Origin: Verrucomicrobiota bacterium
Lineage (GTDB): Bacteria; Verrucomicrobiota; Verrucomicrobiia; Opitutales; Cerasicoccaceae
Assembly (NCBI GenBank): GCA_039818205.1
Contig: JBCBUK010000002.1
Location: 384,001 to 448,000, forward strand
Direction of reading: 5' to 3'
Length of the DNA: 64,000 nucleotides
Shown: piece after piece, positions 30,368 to 40,049 of the stretch
Position numbering within the stretch: position 1 is the stretch's first letter
How the letters are laid out: every line of letters starts with the position of its first letter
Notes under the pieces: model-generated
Seen by the model: only the letters and a program-made list of their open reading frames with translations
Database searches by the model: none
What the model was told of the DNA's origin: nothing
Position numbers and translations under genes: made by a program

Positions 30368-31264
30368 ATGCTATATGACCGTCCATACATGAGGGATCCT
30401 GCCCCGAAAAACTTCACGGATTATTTCTGGGTGGTTCTTTGGGTGTTGATCGGTTCATTCCTCGTTCAGATTATATTGAGCGAATTTGGCCTTGGAGGAT
30501 TTTTGTCCAGTTGGGTCGCATTTTCGGTTCCGGCTGCCCTGAGTGCGAAGATTTGGACTGCCGTGACCTACAGCATCATGCATGCAGGTCCTGGGCATTT
30601 GTTTTTCAATGGGCTGGCCTATTTCTTTATTGGCCGATGGCTCTATCGGGAGATCGAACCCAAGCGGTTTCTTCAGGTTATTTTAGCCTCGGTTGTGATG
30701 GGCGCAATCGCGTGGTTGACAATCCAGCTTCTATTTGGGGGTGGTCGTGCGGTGCCTTTGGTCGGTTTCTCCGCGGCGGTTGCTGGAATGGTGACGCTGG
30801 TTTGTTTGATTGCGCCGGATCGAAAAATCACGCTGCTGCTTTTTTTCGTTTTGCCGGTTGAGGCGCGGCCGCGAATCATCTTGTTCTGTCTCTTGGGATT
30901 TGAGTCTCTTGGGTTTCTGTTTTTGGAGCTTGCTCCGATGTTGAGTGATCGTCCTGCGGAGTCAGCAGTCGCATTCTCCGCCCACCTTGGTGGGATGCTG
31001 GCGGGATACCTTTATTATCGCATGCTGAAGAGTCCCGTTCCCGTTTTTGAATCCGTCCGGAAGAAGGTCTCGATTGAGCCGCCAAAGTGGACGAAGAAGG
31101 GGGCATCGAATGCCGGCAAGTATAAGGTGAACGTTTCGAGCCGAAAAGATCTACGTAAAGAGGTGGACCGAATTTTGGACAAGATCAACCGCGACGGGTT
31201 TGGCGCGTTGAGCGAGGAAGAGAAACGAATCCTCGATCAGGCGGGCGAACTGCTTAAAAAGTAG
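30368..31264 (+). CDS. Rhomboid family intramembrane serine protease with a C-terminal helical tail
   Basis: H..FN, GFS, AHLGG; C-terminal VDRILDKI..G..ALSEEEK. Confidence 0.92.
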   Translation: MLYDRPYMRDPAPKNFTDYFWVVLWVLIGSFLVQIILSEFGLGGFLSSWVAFSVPAALSAKIWTAVTYSIMHAGPGHLFFNGLAYFFIGRWLYREIEPKRFLQVILASVVMGAIAWLTIQLLFGGGRAVPLVGFSAAVAGMVTLVCLIAPDRKITLLLFFVLPVEARPRIILFCLLGFESLGFLFLELAPMLSDRPAESAVAFSAHLGGMLAGYLYYRMLKSPVPVFESVRKKVSIEPPKWTKKGASNAGKYKVNVSSRKDLRKEVDRILDKINRDGFGALSEEEKRILDQAGELLKK

Positions 31265-31331
31265 GCAAACAGTTCGTTTTTTTGCCATTTTCTGGTAACT
31301 TTAACCAGAAGGAGGGGTTAAACTTTCGGTT

Positions 31332-32660
31332 ATGACCACTAAATGGATTACTTTCGCGGCCATCTGGACAGCTAGCTTAGCTGTCGCATATTTCGTTGGT
31401 CACTCTTCTAGCGCAGATATCTCGGCAGATGGGAAATCTACTCAAGCCTCCTCAGGAGCGGACCGACAGACAGTGTCGTCTGCCGAGCTTGACGAATTGG
31501 AGGTGTCCGAAGTTTTGGTGGAGGTCGCGCTCGAGGATGTCGACCTCGACAGTGAGTCCGGTGCGTTTACTGGTTTCCTTTCTGGCGATTTTACCCCGGA
31601 AACATTGATTCGGGCCCGGCTTGAGGCCTTGAGCTACGATTCCGATCAGTTGGCCTCGGCAATGGATCAGCTATATGCAATGGCGCCGAGCCGCGAGCGC
31701 AACGAGCTGATGTATGAGCTGCTCACTCGCTGGGGCAAACTTGACCCCTATAATGCGCTCGCATTCGCTGGAGGAATCGAGTCCATGGAACTCCAGAATC
31801 GTGCAATGGGCGAGGTGCTTGAGGGGTGGGCGTCTACCGATCCCGTTTCCGCTCTGAAGTGGCTCGACACCAACGGCGTGGAATTTCCAGCGCGCATTTA
31901 TGGAGATTACCTTGGCGACATCATGGAAGGATATGCCCAGACCAACCCACAGCTGGCATTTGCTTACGTAGAAGGCTTACCATCGGACACCGTGGGGAAT
32001 CGCCGGATCCGTGATCGGGCCCTTCGAGAGGTGATCGATGTCATGGTCGAGCAGAACAACATTTCAATGGCCATTGAGTTGACCACTGCCATGGATGACG
32101 ACTCTTCGCGGACCAACGCGCTTTCTGAGATTGTGGATGAATGGGCGGAAATGGATCCCCTGGCCGCGAAAGACTTTGTTGAATCCATGGCCGACGATCC
32201 TGCCTACGCTGAAATGCAGCGGGCGGTTTTGCGGGAATGGGCTGACGATGATCCAGTGGCGGCTTCCGAGTGGCTGGGGACGATGGATCCCGAAGATCCA
32301 AATTTGCCGCGATTGGCCACATCGCTCGTGGAGCGTTGGACTCGTTATGACTTGAATGCCGCAGCTGAGTGGCTGAACGAGGCACCCTCATCGCCCGAGA
32401 TGGATCGGGCTGTCGGTATCTTTTCAATGCGTGCTGCGCAGGATGACCCGCAAAATGCGCTCACCTGGGCCCAGTCCGTATCGGACGACCGGACAAGGCA
32501 GCGGCTCGAGAATCAGATCATTCCGATGTTTCGGGAGCAGGACCCACAAGCGTTTGAGGACTATCTCGCGGACTCCGATTATTCGGACGATAAAAAGCAG
32601 CAATACCGAGAGCTGGAAGTGCGTGACGGCGGTCGCCGTTGGGGCGGTTGGTGGCGCTAA
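31332..32660 (+). CDS. Membrane-anchored alpha-helical repeat protein
   Basis: N-terminal TM, then repeated W/Y-x-x-x-D/N-P-x-x-A units (WGKLDP, WASTDP, YAQTNP, WAEMDP, WADDDP, WTRYDL, AAQDDP, FREQDP). Confidence 0.8.
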   Translation: MTTKWITFAAIWTASLAVAYFVGHSSSADISADGKSTQASSGADRQTVSSAELDELEVSEVLVEVALEDVDLDSESGAFTGFLSGDFTPETLIRARLEALSYDSDQLASAMDQLYAMAPSRERNELMYELLTRWGKLDPYNALAFAGGIESMELQNRAMGEVLEGWASTDPVSALKWLDTNGVEFPARIYGDYLGDIMEGYAQTNPQLAFAYVEGLPSDTVGNRRIRDRALREVIDVMVEQNNISMAIELTTAMDDDSSRTNALSEIVDEWAEMDPLAAKDFVESMADDPAYAEMQRAVLREWADDDPVAASEWLGTMDPEDPNLPRLATSLVERWTRYDLNAAAEWLNEAPSSPEMDRAVGIFSMRAAQDDPQNALTWAQSVSDDRTRQRLENQIIPMFREQDPQAFEDYLADSDYSDDKKQQYRELEVRDGGRRWGGWWR

Positions 32661-32672
32661 GCCAGATTAGGC

Positions 32673-32688
32673 ATATTGTTAACAATAT
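32673..32688. promoter_or_regulatory. Perfect 16-bp palindrome, putative operator
   Basis: ATATTGTTAACAATAT in an AT-rich intergenic region. Confidence 0.5.
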
Positions 32689-32964
32689 CGTAACCTGTTG
32701 GGTTTGTTTTGTTTACAACCCTTCTAATGGGGTGTTTACTTGCTATAAGATTTGCTGGTTTTTAAGTGGGCAATGGCGCAAAAATGCATCTTTATTTCTT
32801 TTTGAGCACAAATTGCGTGGTTTTAACGCAACGTTAACGAAAAATACGCGATATCTGCAGTACTAATTAGGGTCCTATGACCTTGACATCTAGGAGCACT
32901 TTGTGTTTCGTTTGCGTTTCTTCCATCTCTTGTGGGCGTTGGGGCCAATGCAAGGAGGCAAACA

Positions 32965-33531
32965 TTGAACGATAAAATCTCACTTAATGAACTACGGAAG
33001 CGACTTGTAAACGAGTCGTTGAAGGATTTGTGGTGGCTAGCCCGCAACGGCGTCACCTACCGGTCACCGATGAGTTTGCAATCGATCGAACTCACGATGA
33101 AGAAGAACCCGCAGGGCGTCTATCAGGTGTGCCATGTGCGCGATGATGGTGAGCTTCACCAGAATTGGTTCAGTATCTCGATAGCGATGCCTTCGCGTGT
33201 GGTTGAATCACGCGGACACACAACCATTTTTCGGGCCGCAGCGCCCGAGCCACGCGCTCCTGGAGCGGGTTCTGGCTCTTTTGGGGTGCCGAAGACCAAG
33301 GCCAAGCCGCCATCAGAATCACCGGCAGCTCCGTCGGTTGAGTCGGCTTCAATTGATGCGGTTTTGCGCAAGCTCGACGAAACGCTCAGCCGGCTGCAAA
33401 GCCTTGAAGACAAGGTCGATTATCTGGTGCAATCTTCGCCAAATCTACCCGTCTCGGATGGTGAGCGGCTGGAGATCGATCAGATGAAAGACGATCTGGA
33501 CAAGTTGAAGTTCCGTCTCGAGTCCGCCTGA
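32965..33531 (+). CDS. Hypothetical protein (globular N-domain, P/S/A linker, C-terminal coiled coil)
   Basis: AAGGAGG RBS just upstream of the in-frame TTG at 32965; followed by a terminator. Confidence 0.7.
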   Translation: MNDKISLNELRKRLVNESLKDLWWLARNGVTYRSPMSLQSIELTMKKNPQGVYQVCHVRDDGELHQNWFSISIAMPSRVVESRGHTTIFRAAAPEPRAPGAGSGSFGVPKTKAKPPSESPAAPSVESASIDAVLRKLDETLSRLQSLEDKVDYLVQSSPNLPVSDGERLEIDQMKDDLDKLKFRLESA

Positions 33532-33555
33532 GCGTTCGAACGAAAAGTTTAGGAT

Positions 33556-33592
33556 AAAAGCATCTACAGGTATTTCTGTAGATGCTTTTTTT
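33556..33592. terminator. Bidirectional intrinsic terminator
   Basis: AAAAGCATCTACAG-gtattt-CTGTAGATGCTTTTTTT between convergent genes. Confidence 0.9.
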
Positions 33593-33595
33593 GAT

Positions 33596-34018
33596 TTAAG
33601 CCTTTCCGCCGACAAATTCGAGGGTGCCGTCTGCTTTTAGACGACGATAATAGCATCCGCTGCGGGCCACTCCGTTTGATCCTTTGGTGTGACACGCACC
33701 AGCCCCTTGGGGTTCAACCACGTAAAGGAGGCTGTTCTGCTCACAGTTGACGCGGACCTCGATCAATTTGAGGGTGTCGCCCGAGGTTTTGCCTTTGATC
33801 CACAATTCATGTCGTGACGTGGACCAAAATGTGGCCAAGCCTTCCGCCAGAGCGGTTTCCAGTGCGAGATGGTTTGCGTAACCCACGATCAGCACCTCGC
33901 CGGTGTTGGCGTCTTGCGCCACCGCGGGGACTACGTCTTCCCCGCAATTGGCGACCTTTTTTAGTTTCGTGAAGTCGAGCTTCAGTTCGTTTCCTTCTTC
34001 GAGTTCTTTGTGGCTCAT
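33596..34018 (-). CDS. hisI: Phosphoribosyl-AMP cyclohydrolase
   Basis: VPAVAQD, FWSTSR.ELWIKGKTSG, NCEQNSL, ACHT, CYYR. Confidence 0.92.
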   Translation of the reverse strand: MSHKELEEGNELKLDFTKLKKVANCGEDVVPAVAQDANTGEVLIVGYANHLALETALAEGLATFWSTSRHELWIKGKTSGDTLKLIEVRVNCEQNSLLYVVEPQGAGACHTKGSNGVARSGCYYRRLKADGTLEFVGGKA

Positions 34019-34362
34019 TTGAAAAATTGTATGGTCATCGGATAGCGATAAAGTTCGCCCTCGTTGGCTTTGATCCCGGCGATAATCACAAAGACGAGAT
34101 TGACGACGACTAGCACCGCGAGGAGCAGAACACCGATAAATACCAGGACGAGCACGCCGGCAATCACACCGTATATAGTCATCGACAGTTGAAAATTCAG
34201 GGCTTCCCTGCCGTGCGCGTCGATGCTGGGCATCTCATCTTTTTTGATCAGCCAAATGATAAGCGGGCCAAGAATATTCCCGAACGGAATGCCGATGAGA
34301 CCCGCCAGTGCCGAAAGGTGGCAAATCATTGCCCACATATTCTGATCCTTATCGGTGGTCAT
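34015..34362 (-). CDS. DUF4870 (Tic20-like) membrane protein
   Basis: WAMICHLS, GPLIIWL.KKD, HGREALNFQ, KANEG..YRYP. Confidence 0.9.
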   Translation of the reverse strand: MTTDKDQNMWAMICHLSALAGLIGIPFGNILGPLIIWLIKKDEMPSIDAHGREALNFQLSMTIYGVIAGVLVLVFIGVLLLAVLVVVNLVFVIIAGIKANEGELYRYPMTIQFFK

Positions 34363-34372
34363 GGCATCTTTT

Positions 34373-35170
34373 CTAACGTTGATCAGAGATCCAACGCCCT
34401 AGAACTGTTTGTAAGCGGCCGTCAGATTCGAATTCAAACAATGCGTTGGCGACCTGGTCCTGCAGCTTCGAGTCGCTTTTGCGCATGGCCCAAGCGAGGT
34501 ATTCAATCGTGAGGTTGATGTTTACCGGCACAACGTTCTCCATTTCGCGCTTCCCCGCCATCCAGTTAATGACCGGCGAATCATAGACAAAGATATCTGC
34601 TTGGCTGCGAACCACGGCGTCCACGGCATCCTCTGGAGTGGCAAATTCAACAATATCCGCGTTAGCGAAATCGTTTTTGACAAAAGCGGCACCGGTTGTG
34701 TCAGGAACCACGGCAACTCGACTTGCGGTATCGAGCAGGCTGCGGACCGAGGTGAACCGCGGGCGATCCTGTTTACGAACGAGGGACATTTGACCAAAAT
34801 TCAAGTAGGGAGGGGAGAAGGCGACTAACTCTTCGCGCTCACGAGTCACGGTCATCCCACTCATGATGATGTCTGTTTTGTCGTCGTTCAGAAATTTAAT
34901 CTGATCGGCCCAGGCGACTTCGACGAAAACAATTGGGCGACCGAGTTCCTTGCCAAGGAGTCTGGCGAGGTCGATCTCGACGCCTTCCAGCTCGCCGTCG
35001 ATCTTGAACGCGAGCGGGGGGCTGTCGGCAGTGACGCCGACGCGCAATGGCTTGGCTTTGAATGGGCTAGGCACTACCGGGCGGTCTGGATTGGCTCCGA
35101 GAACGCAGGTGAAAAACAGTGTCAGGCCGAGCAGGGCAGTAATTCCTTTTAGTCGCATGCGGGGGATCAT
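34373..35170 (-). CDS. Amino-acid ABC transporter substrate-binding protein (SBP_bac_3), standalone
   Basis: LRVGVT..PP, G.EIDLA, DIIMSGMTVT.ER..VAFS.PY. Confidence 0.9.
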   Translation of the reverse strand: MIPRMRLKGITALLGLTLFFTCVLGANPDRPVVPSPFKAKPLRVGVTADSPPLAFKIDGELEGVEIDLARLLGKELGRPIVFVEVAWADQIKFLNDDKTDIIMSGMTVTREREELVAFSPPYLNFGQMSLVRKQDRPRFTSVRSLLDTASRVAVVPDTTGAAFVKNDFANADIVEFATPEDAVDAVVRSQADIFVYDSPVINWMAGKREMENVVPVNINLTIEYLAWAMRKSDSKLQDQVANALFEFESDGRLQTVLGRWISDQR

Positions 35171-35426
35171 TGGAAAAAAAACTCAATCGGCAACAGGAGA
35201 ATTCAATCACAATGGCGAAGTAATTCGTTAAAAAAGTATTCAGGGATCAGCGGGATTGAGCAAAACGCACCCCAGATTTAGCTAAATTCCGGTCAAAGAA
35301 GGCCGGGCTGAAACACTGACGAACTATGGGGTTGAGCGCTTAGACTGTTCAGGGCAATATTCACCCAAAATTTCTCGCCACTCGTCCGTTCTAGATTCTA
35401 GCCGAAACCCATTCTGAGGAATCACC

Positions 35427-37964
35427 ATGAAACCCTTAATCCTAGGCATCATTTTCGCCGCCATCATTATGGCGATGGAAGCTAATGGTCAGCAGATTGA
35501 CAATAACAGCAATCAGCAGGGCGATATTTGGGAACTGGTTTTCCAAGCCTACGACCTCGACCCGAACGGCGATGCCGATGGCGATGGCCTTTCCAATCGC
35601 GATGAAGCAGAAGCCGGCACGAATCCATTTGATCCCGAATCACGTTTCGAGGTCATGGAAATCGAAGTTATGGATGACGGCATGCTCGCCCTGGATTGGA
35701 TGGGTGGTGTTGGCAAGGCCTACGATTTAGAACATAACGATGACCTCTCGGGCCCCTGGACGGTGCTGGCAACGTTTTCGGGTGAAGGCGATGCACAAGA
35801 GGCACTTGTCGATTTCTCTCAGAATCCTGGCTTCTTTCGCATTACCGTTCGCGATATCGACACCGATGGCGACGGTGTCTTCGATTGGGAGGAGATGTTT
35901 CTGGGCTTTGACCCCGAGACCGCAAATACGGATCGATATAGTCAGAACGATTACACCCGAATCAGCGGTGCGCTCTCGGCCACGAATACCGTTACTTTGA
36001 TTACTGCGCGTGACTCGGTTACGGAGGGCTGGGCGAATCCGGGCTTGGTGGGGGTTGTGCGTTCCGGTGGCGTTGACTCGTTAACCGTCAATCTAAGCTT
36101 TGGTGGCACCGCGACCGGAAGTGCGGACTACACCACACCCGCTTCGACGGTCAGTTTTTCACCTGGGCAGGCAATTGCCTGGGTTTTGATTTATCCACTC
36201 GATGATGCCGTTAGCGAATCCGATGAAACTGTGATCGTTAATCTCGAAACTGGACTTGGCTATGACTTGGGTAGCCCAAGCACCGCGACGCTAACGATCG
36301 TTGACCAGGCAGCCAACGATTTGCCCTCCGCTGAGGAAGCGGCTCGATTCTTGGCGCAGGCGACATTGGGACCGACTCCGGAGCTGATCGCAGAGGTCCA
36401 GGCAATGGGGTTCGAAGCCTGGATCGAAGATCAATTTTCCAAAACGGTGGGTGAGCATCAGCCAATCATGGAGAGCTTTCCGTGGGGGACCGACGATTTT
36501 CCAGGACCTTGGTCTTTTCACAAAATGCTCGCCTGGTGGGACCAGGCGGTCAATGCACCTGATCCTCTCCGCCAGCGTATTGGCTTTGCGCTGAGTGAAA
36601 TCTTGGTGATCTCGGAGTCCAATGGAGACCTGGATGGCAATCCCATATCGATGTTGAATTACTATGATATGTTGCTCCACAACGCTTTTACGAATTACCG
36701 AGTCATTTTGGAGGACGTGACTTACCATCCATGCATGGGGGCATTCTTGAGCCATCGTGGAAATCGCCCAGCCAATCCGGACTTGAACCTGTTTCCCGAT
36801 GAGAACTACTCCCGGGAAATCATGCAGTTGTTTTCGATTGGTCTGTGGATGCTGAACAATGACGGCACGCTGCAACTGGATGGAGATCTTAACCCGATTC
36901 CGACTTACGGAAACGAGGACATCACGAACCTGGCCAGCGTCTTCACGGGCCTGAGCTGGGGCACGGGCGATACCACGGTTTGGTGGGAATTCTACTGGCC
37001 GGATACGGACGAATTCTGGCGTTCCTATCTGGAGCCGATGGCGATCTGGGAAGGTCCGTATGATGTATGGAACGAAGATCTGCAGCAGGTCGAGCAGGTG
37101 TATTTTCATGAGCAAGGTGCGAAGACTGTTTTGGGCGTCGATTTGCCTGAGAATGACCCGCTCAATCCTGAGGCTAACTATGCCGCCAACGATATCGACC
37201 GCGCTTTAGATGTGATCTTTGCTCACCCAAATGTCGGACCGTTTATTAGCCGTCTCTTGATTCAGCGCATGGTCACCTCGAATCCCTCCAACGCCTACAT
37301 TGATCGCGTGGCCGACGCCTTTAACGGAGTCGGACCGCACAACCCGGAAAGTATTCGGGGGGATATGCAGTCAGTCATCCGCGCGATCCTGTTGGATCCC
37401 GAAGCTCGCGATGCCAGCATGATCGATGATCCTGAGCACGGTATGTTGCGGGAAAATTACCTGCGTTTGGTGGCCTTGGCTCGTGCCTTTGACGCTTCTT
37501 CGCCCAATGGTATTTATCCGATCTATTGGATCGATGATGCTTATGGAATGCAGCCTTTGGCATCCCCGAGTGTGTTTAACTTCTTCCTGCCCGTTTACCA
37601 GCCTGGGGGCGAGCTTCGCGACAATGGCCTGGTGGCTCCCGAATTTCAGATTTTAACGGCTGTAACGAGCATCACCATCCCGAATCACTTGCGATTGGTT
37701 GCCGAAGAGCGGTTGAACTGGGACGACGAGGCGGACACGGTTCGCCTGGATTTGTCACCAGCAATGGCGCTCGCTTCAGATCATGAGGCATTGATTGATT
37801 ATCTCGATCTGCTGCTAACCTTTGGTAACATGAGCGCACAGATGCATGAGTCCCTCCGCATGATGTTGGCCCGCCCTGAGTTTGCCGGTGCGAGCGATGA
37901 GTTTATCGTGGAATCTCTGGTCTACTTGATTGCGATGTCACCGGATTCTGCCGTTCTCAGATAA
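35427..37964 (+). CDS. DUF1800 family protein with N-terminal DxDxDG motifs and a Calx-beta domain
   Basis: DADGDG, DTDGDG, DDAVSESDETV; ARFLAQATLGP, LRQRIGFALSEI, PDENYSREIMQLFSIG, HPNVGPFI, SPSVFNFF. Confidence 0.92.
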   Translation: MKPLILGIIFAAIIMAMEANGQQIDNNSNQQGDIWELVFQAYDLDPNGDADGDGLSNRDEAEAGTNPFDPESRFEVMEIEVMDDGMLALDWMGGVGKAYDLEHNDDLSGPWTVLATFSGEGDAQEALVDFSQNPGFFRITVRDIDTDGDGVFDWEEMFLGFDPETANTDRYSQNDYTRISGALSATNTVTLITARDSVTEGWANPGLVGVVRSGGVDSLTVNLSFGGTATGSADYTTPASTVSFSPGQAIAWVLIYPLDDAVSESDETVIVNLETGLGYDLGSPSTATLTIVDQAANDLPSAEEAARFLAQATLGPTPELIAEVQAMGFEAWIEDQFSKTVGEHQPIMESFPWGTDDFPGPWSFHKMLAWWDQAVNAPDPLRQRIGFALSEILVISESNGDLDGNPISMLNYYDMLLHNAFTNYRVILEDVTYHPCMGAFLSHRGNRPANPDLNLFPDENYSREIMQLFSIGLWMLNNDGTLQLDGDLNPIPTYGNEDITNLASVFTGLSWGTGDTTVWWEFYWPDTDEFWRSYLEPMAIWEGPYDVWNEDLQQVEQVYFHEQGAKTVLGVDLPENDPLNPEANYAANDIDRALDVIFAHPNVGPFISRLLIQRMVTSNPSNAYIDRVADAFNGVGPHNPESIRGDMQSVIRAILLDPEARDASMIDDPEHGMLRENYLRLVALARAFDASSPNGIYPIYWIDDAYGMQPLASPSVFNFFLPVYQPGGELRDNGLVAPEFQILTAVTSITIPNHLRLVAEERLNWDDEADTVRLDLSPAMALASDHEALIDYLDLLLTFGNMSAQMHESLRMMLARPEFAGASDEFIVESLVYLIAMSPDSAVLR

Positions 37965-37999
37965 CCCTGAAATCTCCGAACTTTATATTGCAAAGTAAA

Positions 38000-39391
38000 A
38001 TGAGCAAGCAACCACATTTATCCCGCCGCCAGTTTTTGGGTCAGGCAAGTTGCGCCGCAGTTGGGTCGACGGCTCTTTTCTCTACGCTGTTAAATCTTCG
38101 CATGGCGAACACCGCCGCTGCGCAGTCGGTTGCGCCCGCCGGCGACTATAAGGCTTTGGTCTGCTTGTTCTTGGCTGGTGGTGCCGATTCTTACAATTTC
38201 TTGGTTCCTCACGGTCAGACCGAATACGATCAATACGCACAGGTGCGCGCTGATCTGGCCCTGCCTCGTGCCGATCTTTTACCGCTGACCCCTGCGCAGT
38301 CGATTGGGATGGACCTCGGCTTGCACCCGGGATTGGCCGAGCTGCAGACTATGTTCCAAGACGGGAACCTTGCCTGGGTATCCAACGTTGGGACGCTTAT
38401 TGAGCCTGTGACGCTTCAACAATATGAGAACGAGCTAGTTAACCTCCCGCTCGGTCTGTACTCGCACGCGGATCAGATCAAGCAGTGGCAGACGTCGATT
38501 CCGCAAAATGGTGAAGCAATTGGCTGGGGTGGCCGTACTGCTGATTTGTTACACTCGCTCAACAACAATGAGCGAATCTCGATGAACATTTCGATCGCGG
38601 GTAGCAATACCTGGCAGAACGGAAACAATACTTTCCAATACACGATTGGAACCAATGGTTCTCAAGGGCTGGATCGCTATGATTGGGATTGGAACGCCTA
38701 CCCAGCGCGTGGCGCGGCGATCGATAGTCAAATGGACCTTGAATACCAGAACCTATTCAAAAAGACCTTTGTTCAATCGAATCGCAATGCGCTTGAGGCT
38801 CACGAACAGTTTTCAGCAGCGGTTGAAGGAATCAGTTTCACAACCGAATTTCCAGACAACTACCTGGGCGCCCAGTTGCACATGGTCGCGCGCACGATCG
38901 CTGCCCGCGAACTTCTCGGAATGCGTCGGCAAACCTTCTTTGTTCAGTTTGGTGGCTGGGATCATCACGACGAGGTGCTTAACAACATGGCGGGTATGGC
39001 CCCCGTGATCAGTCAGTCGGTGGGTGCCTTCTTCTCGGCATTGGCCGAGATCAATGAGGTGGACAATACAACGCTGTTTACGGCATCAGACTTTGGTCGC
39101 ACCTTGACCTCGAATGGCGAGGGTTCTGACCATGCCTGGGGTGGCAATCACTTCGTTGCTGGAGGCGCAGTTAATGGTCAAAACATCTACGGAACCTATC
39201 CCGAGTTGTATCAGGGCAATACCCTTGATACTGGGCGTGGTCGTTTGATTCCGACTACTTCGGTGGATGAGTATTTTGCTGAGTTGGCCTTGTGGTTTGG
39301 CGTTAGCCCGCAGGACCTGTCGACGGTACTGCCAAATATTGGCAATTTTTATACCCCGGGTGCGAACGGTCCCATTGGCATGATGAGCTAA
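38000..39391 (+). CDS. DUF1501 family protein (Tat substrate)
   Basis: SRRQFL Tat motif; YKALVCLFLAGG.D, SHADQ, GGWDHH, SDFGRT, GSDHAWG. Confidence 0.93.
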   Translation: MSKQPHLSRRQFLGQASCAAVGSTALFSTLLNLRMANTAAAQSVAPAGDYKALVCLFLAGGADSYNFLVPHGQTEYDQYAQVRADLALPRADLLPLTPAQSIGMDLGLHPGLAELQTMFQDGNLAWVSNVGTLIEPVTLQQYENELVNLPLGLYSHADQIKQWQTSIPQNGEAIGWGGRTADLLHSLNNNERISMNISIAGSNTWQNGNNTFQYTIGTNGSQGLDRYDWDWNAYPARGAAIDSQMDLEYQNLFKKTFVQSNRNALEAHEQFSAAVEGISFTTEFPDNYLGAQLHMVARTIAARELLGMRRQTFFVQFGGWDHHDEVLNNMAGMAPVISQSVGAFFSALAEINEVDNTTLFTASDFGRTLTSNGEGSDHAWGGNHFVAGGAVNGQNIYGTYPELYQGNTLDTGRGRLIPTTSVDEYFAELALWFGVSPQDLSTVLPNIGNFYTPGANGPIGMMS

Positions 39392-39407
39392 CTTTGCTTG
39401 GCAAAGC

Positions 39408-39965
39408 ATGTATATTGACCCGAAGCATCTTGGCTGGTTCATTGGACTTTGCTTGGCGTTGTTGATCACCTGGATGTTAAACCGCCAGGAACCGCCTGAG
39501 CCCGTTGATCTGGTTCCGCTGGCTAAGGAGTCACCGAAACCTCCGCCTGCGGTGGATAAACCAATCCCGCCACCGGGAACGGTTGCCCCGGCAAATCCGG
39601 CCGTTCGTCGACTGCACGATCCCACACGCTCGGCCGAGGATGATGTGAAACTCATGAACCAGTTCCTCGTACAGATGCGTGCCTCTTGGATGGGCAAATT
39701 GCGGCCGATGGGCATCAATGAAGAGTTTACGGCAGCTTTGACTGGGAAGAACCCAGCAAAGATGGCGTTCATCCCGAAAGATCATCCCGCGATTAATGCG
39801 GAGGGGCAGCTGACGGATCGATGGGGTGAGCCGTATCATTTCCATGTCGTGGCGACGGATCGGGTCGAAGTGCGCTCGGCAGGGCCAGACCGCCGCCTCT
39901 ATACGGACGATGATGCTGTTTTCGCTCCCTGGGGGAAACGACCAGATGGTGAGGTAGGGCCTTAA
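39408..39965 (+). CDS. Membrane-anchored protein with a GspG (T2SS pseudopilin)-like C-terminal motif
   Basis: N-terminal TM, Pro-rich linker, DRWGEPYHF..VRSAGPDRRLYTDDD. Confidence 0.65.
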   Translation: MYIDPKHLGWFIGLCLALLITWMLNRQEPPEPVDLVPLAKESPKPPPAVDKPIPPPGTVAPANPAVRRLHDPTRSAEDDVKLMNQFLVQMRASWMGKLRPMGINEEFTAALTGKNPAKMAFIPKDHPAINAEGQLTDRWGEPYHFHVVATDRVEVRSAGPDRRLYTDDDAVFAPWGKRPDGEVGP

Positions 39966-40049
39966 TTCATCCGAGGGCACTGCGTGTCTCGCCCGAACAG
40001 ATGTCGAAATTATTTGCTCCCGTCTAGTAGGCGCGTACTAGTTTGGTGC

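Noticed and set aside
35276..35287. 12-bp palindrome ATTTAGCTAAAT upstream of the DUF1800 gene
   Set aside because: Single short occurrence with no linked regulator; insufficient evidence
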